A stretch of 64,000 nucleotides of DNA from Octopus sinensis (Eukaryota), in assembly GCF_006345805.1 (NCBI RefSeq), contig NC_043017.1, forward strand, positions 9,548,001 to 9,612,000, read 5' to 3'. This document shows, piece after piece, positions 1 through 12,128 of the stretch. Under the pieces are notes generated by a model that worked only from the letters and a program-made list of their open reading frames with translations, was not told the origin of the DNA and ran no database searches. The position numbers and the translations under genes are program-made. The first letter of the stretch is position 1; each line of letters opens with the position of its first letter.

Positions 1-244
1 CTTATCTCTATCTCTCTCATACACGCGCACACACCCAGAGGCGAAGTCCGATTACTCTGTATTCGAATACTGCGGTTCTCAATATGCAGTCGGTCTTCTC
101 TCTTACACCAGCCATTAAAATTCGAATACTGCTTGTCAAAGAATTCGATTTACTGCTGTGTATGGTAGGAAGGTAGCAGAACAAATGAGACAAGAAGAAA
201 ACAGACCAAACCTGTTTTTATGGTTACGTAAATTGTAGCTGTGA

Positions 245-566
245 TACCGGTGCCAGTGGCACATAAGAGAACCATCTGAACGTAGCTGTTGCCAGCGCCA
301 CCCCAACTGGCCTCCGTGCCGGTGGCACGTAAAAAGCACCATCCGATCGTGGCCATTTGCCAGCCTCGTCTGGCACCTGTATAGGTGGCACGTAAAAAGC
401 ACCCACTACACTCACGGAGTGGTTGGCGTTAGGAAGGGCATCCAGCCGTAGAAACACTGCCAGATCAGACTGGGCCTGGTGCAGCCTACTGGCTTCCCAG
501 ACCCCAGTTGAACCGTCCAACCCATGCTAGCATGGAAAACAGACGTTAAACGATGATGATGATGAT
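245..566 (+). mobile_element. Retroposon family D (GGAAGGGCATCCAGC core, (GAT)n tail); further copies ~12790-13148(-), 15183-15500(+), 32633-32950(-), 39700-39890(-), 45596-46025(-)
   Basis: The block ggttggcgttaggaagggcatccagc...ccatgctagcatggaaa...acgttaaacgatgatgat recurs almost identically in both orientations across the window. Confidence 0.85.
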
Positions 567-1187
567 GTGCACGCGCACGTAATTATTACATATTTATGTA
601 CAGGCATGGCTGTGTGGTAAGAAGCTTGCTTCCTTACCACATGGTTCCAGGTTCAGTCCTACTGCATGGCACATTAGGCAAGTGTCTTCTATAGCCTCAG
701 GTCAACCAAAACCTTGTGAGTGGATTTGGTATATGGAAACTGAAAGGTGCCCGTCGTGTATATATACATATATAGATATGAAATTGCGCTTTAACCTTCT
801 GGCCGATAACTGAAAAGGAGTTGGTGACTTCAGCATTTTCTGTTCGTCTGTGTATTTAGTATATGTTCGTTTGTGTATTTATTACATGTCTTTTAAAAAC
901 TATGTACATACACAGATATGTCATATTTTCCGTTGTCTTTTTATTTAATCCTGAAATATTGCAAAGTATAACCAGCCAAAATTGCAAAGATAATCTGGAA
1001 CTCGACTGAGGAAAGAAAACTCCGAAAGACCTGTCCTTGTTTTCTTTGTATCATCTATCTGGATGTTTTGTTGTCCCTTATTTGTATCACATAACTGTCT
1101 GGATGTTTTGCGCTCTTGTCCCATTTTGTATTTATATACACACACACACACAGAGGTTCTCCAGAATATTTAGCGGTGGAATTGTTG

Positions 1188-1253
1188 ATGAAAAGTGCAA
1201 CAGCTGCCCATCCCCATATATTACCTACCCCGACCCAAACGAAAACAATTATT
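1188..1253 (+). CDS. Candidate first coding exon of the Pth-like gene (MKSATAAHPHILPTPTQTKTII)
   Basis: ATG at 1188, open frame to a strong donor ATT|gtaagt in phase 0, matching the phase-0 acceptor at 10208 (gives KTII-IVGLG). Not unique: ATG|gtaata near 8262 is an alternative, and a promoter-like region at 2040-2190 lies downstream. Confidence 0.25.
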
Positions 1254-2042
1254 GTAAGTGCTGTTTGATTTTTTCATTTGCTAATTATAAACCAGCAGAC
1301 CGGATTATTTTCAAACTGAATACTTAATTATAATTTAAGAAAGATATTGTCCGACATAAAAGTTACACACACTGTAGCAGAGATCAGTTGAAATTGTTTT
1401 CATATGTTGCCAGGACGATGACGACAAAAATTGTTTGATTTTCATGGCGTGGATGGGCCTCGATGGTAAAAACTCATAGCTGTGTGGCTAAAAAAGTTCA
1501 TTTTGCTACCATGTGGTTTCCAGTTCAGTTCTATTACATGGCACCTTGGGCAAGTGTCTTCTACCATTTGCCCCGGGCCTCGAAATTGTTTTTCCTACGA
1601 GAGTTCTAGACCCCAGTTAAGGAACTCATTTGCATACAACCAATCAAAACAGAGCCACCTTTATCCTTCCTTCTTTTCTAGTCAGCACTGTGCATTCCTT
1701 ATTCTTTCCCTCTCTACTGGCAGACAACTGCCTTTTTGTCACTGTCGAAAAAACATTTTGCTATCACTACGAATCTTTAATGTACTGTTTCTGGAAAAAA
1801 TTAAATGCTCCAGCAATTCAGTTTGGGTAAGTGTATTATTGTACCAACGTCGGTGTAACCAGTGAACATTGAAGGATCAACACCAAAAAGGAAGAAATAT
1901 TATTTATATATATTTATTTGTTTGCCTGTTAGAGGACGGAGAAGTTGCTGTCTGCCAGTAGAGAGGGAAAGAGTAAAGAGGGAAAGAGTAAAGAATGCAC
2001 GGTACTGACGAGAAAGGAAGAAAGGATAAAGGTGGCTCTGTT

Positions 2043-2191
2043 CTGATTGGCTGTATGCAAATGAGTTAATTACTGGAGTCTGGAACTCTTGAGGGAAAAA
2101 AATTTCGTCTCCGGGCTGACCAATGCCTTGTGAGTGAATTTGATAACCAATCGTAAGCCACAGACATACTCACACCTGTTTCCATAGTAAC
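2043..2191. promoter_or_regulatory. Promoter-like cluster: three CCAAT boxes, octamer ATGCAAAT (2055-2062), RFX X-box GTTTCCATAGTAAC (2178-2191)
   Basis: Motifs read directly (ctgattggc, tgaccaatg, aaccaatcg, atgcaaat, gtttccatagtaac) in non-repetitive sequence. Confidence 0.5.
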
Positions 2192-4002
2192 AAGCAGAAC
2201 ACGATCCAAAATATACGTCCTGGAATCAATTTGTTCGACTAAAACGTAAAGAGCCGAAAGAAATATCGTTAAAGATTTTATCCGATCCACTAACAATTCT
2301 GCTAGCATCGCCACCTTACTTTCTTTATTGACCACAAAGGCCAAAGAAAGAAGAAGAAAAAAAAAAACGTTTAGGACATTGCAAATACACGATTAACAAG
2401 AAAATAACACCAAAAGTAATAATAAATAATTAAAAACATTTAACGCTTTTTTTTTTCTTTTTGCTTTTTGTCTCTGATGAAAGTCGATAAACTCTTGAAA
2501 TTGTAAACCGGCGACCTATTCAGTCATTTCTCTATATTTATTTATATCGACTTTTTCTTACAGTTTTTCTCTGTTCCCCCACCCTCTCACTTTTATCCCA
2601 GTTTCTTTGAATGTATTTTGTAAAATTAGATTTTTGTTTTGCAGTCTTGGCAGCAAGTAGCGATTTTATATGTAATTTTTAAATATATATTTTGTATTTC
2701 GTTGCACTATACACATTAGATGCAATAGTCTGGAAATATATACACACACACACATAAATTTAAATAGAGGTTAAAATAACCGCCTTAAGGGATAGAAGAT
2801 ATCCAATGAATTACTGGTTTGTTAACTATCATTTTGTTGTGAATAGTAATATTCCTAAAACGATAGGTTTAAATATAAATCTTGGTTTATAAATATTCAA
2901 ATTAAAGTCCAGAAAATGGAGAAGTAGCATCCATATAATTTATTAACTGCAAAAATTCAACATGTTGAATTTTTGCAGTTAATAAATTAATGGTACTTAT
3001 CCGTTTTCAGGATTTTAATATATATATATATATATATACCGGAGTAAACACATAAATGTGAAACAAGGTGGAAAAAAGAGTACTCAAATACCAGTGGTAG
3101 AGTAATATGCTTTATTTAAAGCAGCAGAAAATTCAACAAAACCTGTTACTCTGAGTTTCCCGTTGCCGTTCATAATAATAAGGGTAGAAATTGATATTAA
3201 TCAATTAAAACCAGTGGCTAAGCATATTTAAAAAAAAAAATCTGAAGATAAAAAATTGTGCTGCACACAAAATTAAGAGGAATGACCACTAGAGTGGACA
3301 CCTAACTATGTTTAGCATCGGGTTTGTTGATGTTGTGTTCCTTTGTCTCCCGTAATTTAGTAGTTTTCATAAATGAGATCTAGCCTTCTTCCTCGTGAAG
3401 GAATATGGCTTGGTGTCCGAGTATGCGGCTGGTTGCGAGTAGGCACCATTGGAAAAGTCCAGTATAGCTGCAATGCGTTTGGCGATCACGCTGGCCATTG
3501 CAAGGATAAATTTTCAGCTCTCTCTCTCTTATATTTATCGTTTTTAACACAGTAAGTCCATAAGAAATGCTACCTCAGATCAAATACTGAAGTAATTCAT
3601 CCATCGACAGTGTTTATACGTTAAGCTTTTAGTGCCTTTGTAGTCGCAAGCAAGAATGGGCGCTTTCTCGGCCTTCCATCCTGTTCACTCGGGATGTCAC
3701 TGTTGAAGAGAGAGAGAGAGAGATGCATCGACACTCAGCTGGTACTCTACTCACTTTTGGCTGAGTGACTCAATTGATTCAGTACAGTTTCAGTAAAAGA
3801 AGCTGAGGGGTTGCTGATAGCAATTAAACACTTTTTTAAGACAGTGAAAGTCGGCGAACTGACAAAGCGTCCGACCAACTAAGTTAGCAGCTTTTCCTCC
3901 GGCTCTTTACATTCTGAGTTCAAATTCCGCCGAGGTCGACTTCACCCTTCGTCCTTTCAGAATCGATAAAATAAAGTACAAGTTGAACATTATAATCGAT
4001 AT

Positions 4003-4188
4003 AAGTTGAGTTAAGTTAAGTTAATTTTTTTGGCTCAAAAAGCAAAAAGCAAGGCCATGTAGGGGGACATGGAGTTATGTACAGGGTGTTGTTAATGCAA
4101 AGAGTTCAGGCCATTTGTGGTCAAAGAAGACTTTGAACCGAACCGTCGTCGACATCTTCACTATCTCGTCCGGCAGCTTAGCCCATTT
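4003..4188 (-). mobile_element. 3' end of a CR1/L2-type LINE inserted into a SINE
   Basis: Minus frame KWAKLPDEIVKMSTTVRFKVFFDHKW resembles the CR1/L2 C-terminal W.xLP..VV.....FK..LD motif; it is followed by an (AACTT)n-like tail and interrupts a family-A SINE (3845-4230). Confidence 0.6.
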
Positions 4189-4550
4189 CCCCAAAATTCC
4201 AGGCCTTGTGCCTACAGTAGGAAAAGAAAGAAAAAAGAAAAAGACACTGCTCCTGCAAGGCCGCAAGTTCAATGACTGGAAACTAGGAAAGGAATCCAAC
4301 ATCGAGTAGAACAGAAGTAATATATTAGGTATTTCGACAGTTGGGGTTTGTTATTTTTATTCCTACCATGTTTTAAATCTAGTGTTATTATTCTAGCCTT
4401 AGCTTGGGTTTATTTCCATCATGCATCTGTGTTGTGATATGCATGTGTATGCATGCATTGCCACTTTTACGTCAGGAACCGGGCAACGACCTGTGTGCAA
4501 TGTAAGCTGTGAGAGAGAGGCGGGGGGGTCGAGAGAGAGAGAGAGAGAGA

Positions 4551-5400
4551 GATAGTAAGTAGTGGGAAGAGGGAAATATGAAAGCAAGAAGATTAGTGAG
4601 AGTGAGAAAAGGGGAGGAGGAAGAAAGTGAGAAAGAGAAGAGAAAATAGTGGCGGGGGGGGGCGAGAACGATAGTAAGTAGTGGGAAGAGGGAAATATGA
4701 AAGCAAGAAGATTAGTGAGAGTGAGAAAAGGGGAGAAAGTGAGAAAGAGAAGAGAAAATAGTGGCGGGGGGGCGAGAAAGATAGTAAGTAGTGGGAAGAG
4801 GGAGATATGAAAGCAAGAAGATTAGTGAGAGTGAGAAAAAGGGAGGAGGGAGAAAGTGAGAAAGAGAACAGAAAATAGTGGGGGGGGGGTTAAAAGCAAG
4901 AGAACTATAAGGTTGAGAGGGAGAGAGGAAGGGGAGGAATTAAAGGGAGAAAGAAAGTAGCGAAACGGCGAAGTAGGAGGAAGTGAAAGTAAAACGATAG
5001 AGGCAGACGATAGAAGTTTGGTATGAGGAAGCGGAGGAGAGAATTGGTGAGGGGGGTAGGATGAATAGACAGGAAAGAGAAGAGAGAGAGAGAGAGAGAA
5101 AGAAAGTGTGTATAGAAGGACGGAGGGTTAAAAGCAAAAACACTAGAGAGATTGGAAGGAGAGGGGGAGGACATGAAAGTGGAAGAACCGGTGAAGAAGG
5201 AGGAAGTGGAGGAGAGAATTGGTGAGGGAGGTAGGATGACTAGACAGGATAGAGAGAGAGAGGGAGAGAAAGAAAGAGTGTGTATAGAAGGACGGAGGGT
5301 TAAAAGCAAAAACATTAGAGAGATTGGAGGGAGAGGAGGGGAACATAAAAGTGGAAGAACCGGTGAAGTAGGAGGAAGTGGAGGAGAGAATTAGCGAGAG
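4551..5400. repeat. Purine-rich tandem repeats (~120-bp unit x3, then ~175-bp unit x3)
   Basis: gatagtaagtagtgggaagaggga..tatgaaagcaagaagattagtg occurs three times, then gggttaaaagcaa...ggaggagagaatt three times. Confidence 0.8.
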
Positions 5401-5789
5401 GGTTACAGAGACCTAGGCAGAAAGAGTGAGAGAGAGATAGAGAAGGGGAGGGGTACGTCTAGGAAAAGATTCCGTGCACTTTTAGAAGTGACAATTGAAA
5501 ATGCTGTAGTCTTGGAAAAAAGTCAATCTCCTCTGTGACACACCCCGTTGTAGATGGGGTGGATATACGTGTACCTGCGTGAGTTAGAGTTAGAGGACCG
5601 CCCTGTGTTAGATGCTGTCGATGCTTGGTTGTAGAATCATTCATTCATGCACGTATAATAAACAATACAAGTATGTATGTATGTGTTGCTCGATATATAT
5701 ATTATATAAACACATACATATGTAGACATTTGTGTGTGGGTGTGTTCTTCGTGAAGTGACCCATATTTTCTCTCTCTCTCTCTCTCTAT

Positions 5790-5829
<40 letters not shown>

Positions 5830-6060
5830 CTCTCTCTCTCTCTCTCACACGCGCGTATATGGAGCATACCTGCATTATACACATGCATACACATGTGAAT
5901 GCATGCATATGTACATACGTGCATGCATGCATGCATACACATACATACGTTCCTACATGTTATAAACATGGTTTCATACATGCGTGTAGACATACGTACC
6001 TACCTACCTACCTACATACATAATACATACCTACATATATACATACACACATACATACAG

Positions 6061-6092
<32 letters not shown>

Positions 6093-6103
6093 CATACACA
6101 CAC

Positions 6104-6147
<44 letters not shown>

Positions 6148-6370
6148 GGCGCGCATATACATTTGTGTGCTCTGTTCCCTGTGAAACAACCACTGTGTCC
6201 TGTGTTCTGTGCGTGGCTTCATAATTTATACACATACAATACAAATACACGCGTGAGTTCGCGAAAATGACTCATTGTTTTGCTGCATTCTTCCTTATAC
6301 AGACATATCTGTGTGTGTATGTGTGTGTGGACGTATGGACGTGTGTACGCATCCATTTATATTGTGTATA

Positions 6371-6488
<118 letters not shown>

Positions 6489-7284
6489 GTTTTTGTATTC
6501 TTATTCGTGCTTCCCTTATTGTTTTCACGTATTTTTGTATTTTCATTCGTGTACATCGTCCGTTTTCCGTCCTTGTGTTGTATACATTCGAAGCTTTCTT
6601 CCAAGGGATCTAATGCGCTTGGCTTAGATTCCCCTTGGGGGCTGCCCAGGTCGGAGCAATCTCAAGATTAATCAGCCGAAATTGCGAAGATGATCCGGTT
6701 CTTGACTGATGACTGAGGGCTTCGAATGTCCCGTCCTGTGGTTCTTGTGTCGTCTTCTAGGTGTTTCACGTTCTTGTCCCAGTTTGTATATATTTTTTAC
6801 TTTTTACATATATATATATATATATAGGGACTCTTCTGTTGTTAGACGACGATGATGACGACCTGTAAACAGCCTGCATAAATGATTTGCTTTTAGCGAT
6901 GAAATGTATGCGCTGAACACTAGTTCACTTGCTCTATCAAACGGATATCGTCAGTACAAATGAACGATGAGGCACAAGTTAGGTGTCGAAGTGATCGCGG
7001 AGCAACGTAAAAAAAAATGGAAATCGAAACCGCGATCCTGCGATTGTGTGTGCAACACCCTAACCACTAAGCCACGGGTCCTCACTCTGTGTGTGGATGT
7101 GAGGTCGGGGTAGGGTTACGTGTAGTATTTATGAAATAAATCATGAAATACATTATCAGGCGCCACCTCTTTTTCAATGATGGATTGATTTTAAATTCTC
7201 AAGGATTCTTCACCGATGTTGTTATTTTAAATTCCATAACTGCGTTTCAATGTATGAGAAGGAATCGGACCTTCTCAAAATTAT

Positions 7285-7935
7285 GCATACATACATACAT
7301 ACATACAGGCATACATACATACATACATACATACATACATACATACACACATACATACATACACACATACATACATACATACATACATACACACATACAT
7401 GCATACATGCATACATACATACATACATGCATACATACATACATACAGGCATACATACATACAAACATACATACATACAAGCATACATACATACATACAT
7501 ATATACAAGCATACATACATACATACATACATACAAGCATATATACATACATACAAGCATACATACATGCATACATACATACATACAAGCATACATGCAT
7601 ATATACATACATACATACATACAAGCATACATACATACATACATACATACATACATACATACATACAAGCATACATATATACATACATACAAGCATACAT
7701 ACACACATACACACATACACACATACATACATACATACATACAAGCATACATATATACATACATACAAGCATATATACATACATACAAGCATACATACAC
7801 ACATACACACATACATACATACATACATACATACATACATACATACATACAAGCATACATACATACATACGAGCATACATACATACACACACAGACAAAC
7901 ATGCATACATACATACATACATACATACAAGCATG
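7285..7935. repeat. (ACAT)n microsatellite; similar tracts at 6005-6145, 38770-39160, 44170-45070, 61865-63255
   Basis: Direct reading; source of the HTYI/MYVC pseudo-ORFs. Confidence 0.95.
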
Positions 7936-8321
7936 TATGGTCACTGTCCTAGAAATAGTTGATAATCTCTTCGGCCATAACAGAACTGTGCCTCCTCTCT
8001 CTCCACCACCCTCACCCGATCACGTTTCCTCATAACTTCCAGTAAAATGGGTATTTCTTGATGAATACCTTTCAGATGGTGTAGATTACTGTTATAACCA
8101 GTTTTTAATGTCAAAGAAAAAAAAAAAAAAGAAGGAAAAAAAATTAGTGACCGTGTAATACACACACACACACACACATGCGTTTACACACTCACACACA
8201 CACAGTTATATATTATTTATTGAAGCAGAACAAATTTTCAATCATCTCACCTGTCTGACGAATGGTAATATAAAACTCTTGAGTTACAGTTTGTGAAGAT
8301 TTTTTTCAGCTTTAATAAATA

Positions 8322-8393
8322 TCCTCGGTAGTATAGTGGTAAGTATCCCCGCCTGTCACGTGGGAGACCGAGGTTCGATTCCCCGCAGGGGAG
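8322..8393 (+). tRNA. tRNA-Asp(GTC), degenerate (possible pseudogene)
   Basis: TCCTCGGTAGTATAGTGGTAAGTATCCCCGCCTGTCACGTGGGAGACCGAGGTTCGATTCCCCGCAGGGGAG matches eukaryotic tRNA-Asp; A and B boxes intact, TTTT about 8 nt downstream; G6.A67 and A51.C63 mismatches, G30.U40 wobble. Confidence 0.85.
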
Positions 8394-8539
8394 GCACTAG
8401 ATTTTATAATGGCAGTGCCCCAGCATGGCCACAGCTTGTGAGTTGAAACTAGAATCAATCAATCAATCAGATTTGCCTTTGGTATTTAAGTACGATTTTT
8501 ACCACCTTGTTTTGCATTTATGGGCTTACTTATGTGTGT

Positions 8540-8775
8540 ATATATTTCTTTATAACCCACAAGGGGCTAAACATGGAGGGGACAAACAAGGACAGACAAA
8601 GGGATTAAATCGATTACATCGACCCCAGTGCATAACTGGTACTTAATTTATCGACCCCGAAAGGATGAAAGGCAAAGTCGACCTTGGCGGAATTTGAACT
8701 CACAACGTAACGGCAGACGAAATACCGCTACGTATTTCGCCCGACGTGCTAAAGTTTCTGCCAGCTCGCCGCCTT
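8540..8775 (-). mobile_element. tRNA-derived SINE family A; further copies 10540-10762(-), 11636-11868(+), 17680-18350(+, three in tandem), 24472-24690(+), 37878-38105(+), 52375-52775(-), 55850-56060(+), 61010-61195(-)
   Basis: Head ggcggcgagctggcagaaacgttagc (A-box-like) ... gagttcaaattcc (B box), core gcctttcatcctttcggggtcgataaattaagtacc, repeated many times. Confidence 0.9.
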
Positions 8776-9963
8776 TTATGTGTGTATATGTATGTATGGA
8801 TGCATAATGTATGTATATGTGTGTGAATACATGTTTGTGTCTGTGCATGAGTTGGTGTGTCCTTGTCTTGACATTATGTGACAGTTGTAAATGATTGTCA
8901 CCGTCATACAAGCAGTGTCATTTATTTCCAATATTCTTTGCAAACATGTCTGGCCATGATGAAATTTTCACTTGTTTGGAAATTAATGAGGGTTGGCAAC
9001 AGCCAAGAGTATGAAGCCATGGAAAATATGACTCAAAAAATTCTACTATAGCCTTGGGTCAACCAAAGCCTTGTGAGTGGATTTGGTAGACGGAAACTGA
9101 AAGAAGCCTGTCGTATATGTGTGTGTGTGTGTTTGTCCCCCCCCCCAACATTGCTTGACAACTGATGCTGGTGTGTTTACGTCCCTGTAACTTAGCGGTT
9201 CAGCAAAAGAGACCGATAGAATAAGTACTAGGCTAACAAAGAATAAGTCCTTGGGTCAATTTGTTTGACTTAAGGCGGTGCTCCAGCTTGGCCGCAGTCA
9301 AATGACTGAAACAAGTAAAAGAATAAAAGAATATATATATATATATTTATATATATAATTGAAATTTACAGAAAAACAAAAGACGAAGACAGGTGTATAA
9401 ACAACAAGCAGGTGTATTAGTTTAACGCTTGAGAAGGTGAGAAAGTCTTTTACATTTCGAGCCTATGCTCTTCAACAGAAAGGATATATATATATCCCTG
9501 TCTTCCTATCTACCTATCCATCTGTGGCCATGTTGGAATTTTAGTTAAACAAATCAACACCAGTGCCTATTTTTATTAAAAGCATGGTACTTATTCTATC
9601 AGTTTCATATATATATATATATATAAAATTTAATAAGGGTAGAAATTGATATTAATCAATTAAAACCAGTGGCCTAGCATATTAAAAAATCCGAAGATTA
9701 AAATATTTTTACATACAAAATTTAAAGGACTGACCACTAAAAGTGGACAGTCAATATGCTAGATATAGACATCAAAATCGCTATTTTCCACGAAGAATGT
9801 GTTCTCAAATAAAAACTCAGCACCAACCAAAGTGTTAAAAATAAGCAAGACAAATGAAAATATACGAAATAATCATGATTAACTATGTACCGATCAGTTT
9901 TGATTGTTAATATCCACGCATATGGATACATGGAAATCTGCGATCTCATCAGCATAGTCTGTC

Positions 9964-10004
<41 letters not shown>

Positions 10005-10207
10005 TATATGCATATTCCTCTATTTATCTCACTATTCATCTGTTTGTCAGTCTGTCTATCTATCCATCAAGAAAGCCATCCATCTTACCCTGTAATTATT
10101 TCCAGTTAACTACTGAATCCTCTCTTCATCAAAATCCATTTTAAGTGCCAACCTAAAACCGCAGCATCATTTGTGTTATACTCACAATGTTTCTTCTTGA
10201 ATTTCAG

Positions 10208-10424
10208 ATCGTTGGTCTCGGCCATGATAAACTGTCATTGACCAGACACAGTGTCGGTCTGCAGCTTCTTGACTGCTTGGCTGATGAGCTGAAACTACAG
10301 TGGAAAGATGACAAAGAAACCGTGGCAGGACATGTTGCTGTGAGTAAACTCGATGATGTCAGCCTTATTCTCCTGAAACCACAGATTCCAATGATGGTAA
10401 ATGGAACCAGTGTTTCAAAAGCAG
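10208..10424 (+). CDS. PTRH1: Peptidyl-tRNA hydrolase (Pth/PTRH1)-like, exon A: IVGLGHDKLSLTRHSVG...LLKPQIPMMVNGTSVSKA
   Basis: Acceptor tttcag|, donor G|gtaagg (phase 0 to 1). Motifs IVGLG, TRHSVG and LLKP..M..NG.SV are diagnostic of Pth. Confidence 0.92.
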
Positions 10425-10890
10425 GTAAGGAGATCTCTTTCGACCACAATTTCTAAAGATTCTCTCTCACTCTCTTTGTACACACACACACACACACACG
10501 TCTCTCTCTCTCTCTCTCTCTCTCTCCAGACACATACCTATTTCTTTATTACCCACAAGGGGCTAAACACAGACGGGACAAACAAGGACAGACATAGGTA
10601 TTAAGTCGATTACATCGACCCCAGTGCGTAACTGGTACTTAAATTATCGACCCCGAAAGGATGAAAGGCAAAGTCGACCTCGGCAGAATTTGAACTCACA
10701 ACGTAACGGCAGACGAAATACCGCTAAGCATTTCGCCCGGCGTGCTAACGATTCTGCCAACTCGATACATACACATCCAAACACACATGCAGACATTCTC
10801 CTTCAGACAACACCCTCCTACATCCGCCTCCACCACTTCCACCACCACCACCACTACCACTTGACCTCTCTCACTAATTGTCTCTTTCAG

Positions 10891-10990
10891 CTCGTCATTT
10901 CGATGTCCCCCCAGAGAATGTCTACCTCATCCATGATGACATTGGTCGCAGAATGGGGAAGATTGCTTTGAAGAATGGAGGCTCAGCCAA
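10891..10990 (+). CDS. PTRH1: Pth-like exon B: ARHFDVPPENVYLIHDDIGRRMGKIALKNGGSA
   Basis: tttcag| ... AA|gtaagt, phase 1 to 2. VYLIHDD and K.GGSA motifs match Pth. Confidence 0.92.
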
Positions 10991-11029
10991 GTAAGTTTAC
11001 GACTAACGGAACATTTGTTGTTGTTGTTG

Positions 11030-11400
11030 CTGTTTGTTTGTTTGTTTGTTTGTTTGTTGAGCGAACGGTCTTCGTCCCAGAGCTCGCAAGATGGGAGAAG
11101 TCCGAAACGTGGTCCTTTGCTATTCGTAAGACCCGCAGAAGAGAAAGCAGGTCAACCCCCCCGACACCGAAAGCATCGACGGATCGATGAATGCACATCC
11201 AGGCTCAGCGGTTGCGTAGGAAGTCGGGGATAAGAAACAGGAAGAAAGAGTGAGAGAAAGTTGGGGTGAAAGAGTACAACAGAGGTTGCCACCACCCCCT
11301 GCTGGAGCCTCGTGGAGCTTTAGGTGTTTTCGCTCACTAAACACACACAACGCCCGGTCTGGGAATTGAAACCGCGAGTCCACTGCCCTAACCACTGGGT
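11030..11400 (-). mobile_element. tRNA-derived SINE family C with (CAAA)n tail; copies 35527-35910(+), 57857-58250(+)
   Basis: Head gtggaggcgcaatggcccagtggttagggcagcggactc...ggtttcgattcccagacc and body gagcgaaaacacctaaagctccacgagg are shared among copies. Confidence 0.85.
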
Positions 11401-12055
11401 CATTACACCTCCTGCTGTTGTTGATCACATTTATCCAACATCTCTCTCTCTCTCTCTCTCTCTCTCTTCCTTCTCTCTTTTCCTCTCTCTTTCTCTCTCT
11501 CTCTCTCTGTCCACTCTCTTTCTATCTTTGTCTCTTCTCTCTTTCTTTTCCCTCTGTCCTCCTCTCTCTTTCACCTTCATATTCCCCCTCTACCCCTCTT
11601 TCTCTTTATCCTTCCTTCTCCTAATTCTTTCTGTATGCGGCGAGCTGGCAGAAACGTTAGCACGTCGGGCGAAATGCTTTGCGGTATTTCGTCTGCGTTA
11701 CGTTGTGAGTTCAAATTCCGCCAAGGTCGACTTTGCCTTTCATCCTTTCGGGGTCGATAAATTAAGTACCAGTTATGCACCGGGGTCGATGCAATCGACT
11801 TAATACTTATGTCTGTCTTTGTTTGTCCCCTCTATGTTTAGCCCTTTTGTGGGTAGTAAAGAAATAGGTACATTCTGTAGAGCGGTTGACACTAGGAAGG
11901 ACATCCAGCTTCAGAAACCGTGCCGAAGCAGACAGCTGGGGCTTGGTGCGGTCCTCTGACTCAGCAACGCCTGTCAAATCGTTCATCCTATACCTGCATG
12001 CCAAACAGGAGGCAAACAGCAGCAGCAGCAGCAGTGATGATGATGATGATGATGT

Positions 12056-12128
<73 letters not shown>

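Noticed and set aside
7143-8035. Long ORFs (HTYI/MYVC repeats), likewise at 38.7-39.2, 44.1-45.2 and 61.8-63.3 kb
   Set aside because: Stop-free translations of (ACAT)n/(GT)n microsatellites, open in several frames on both strands.
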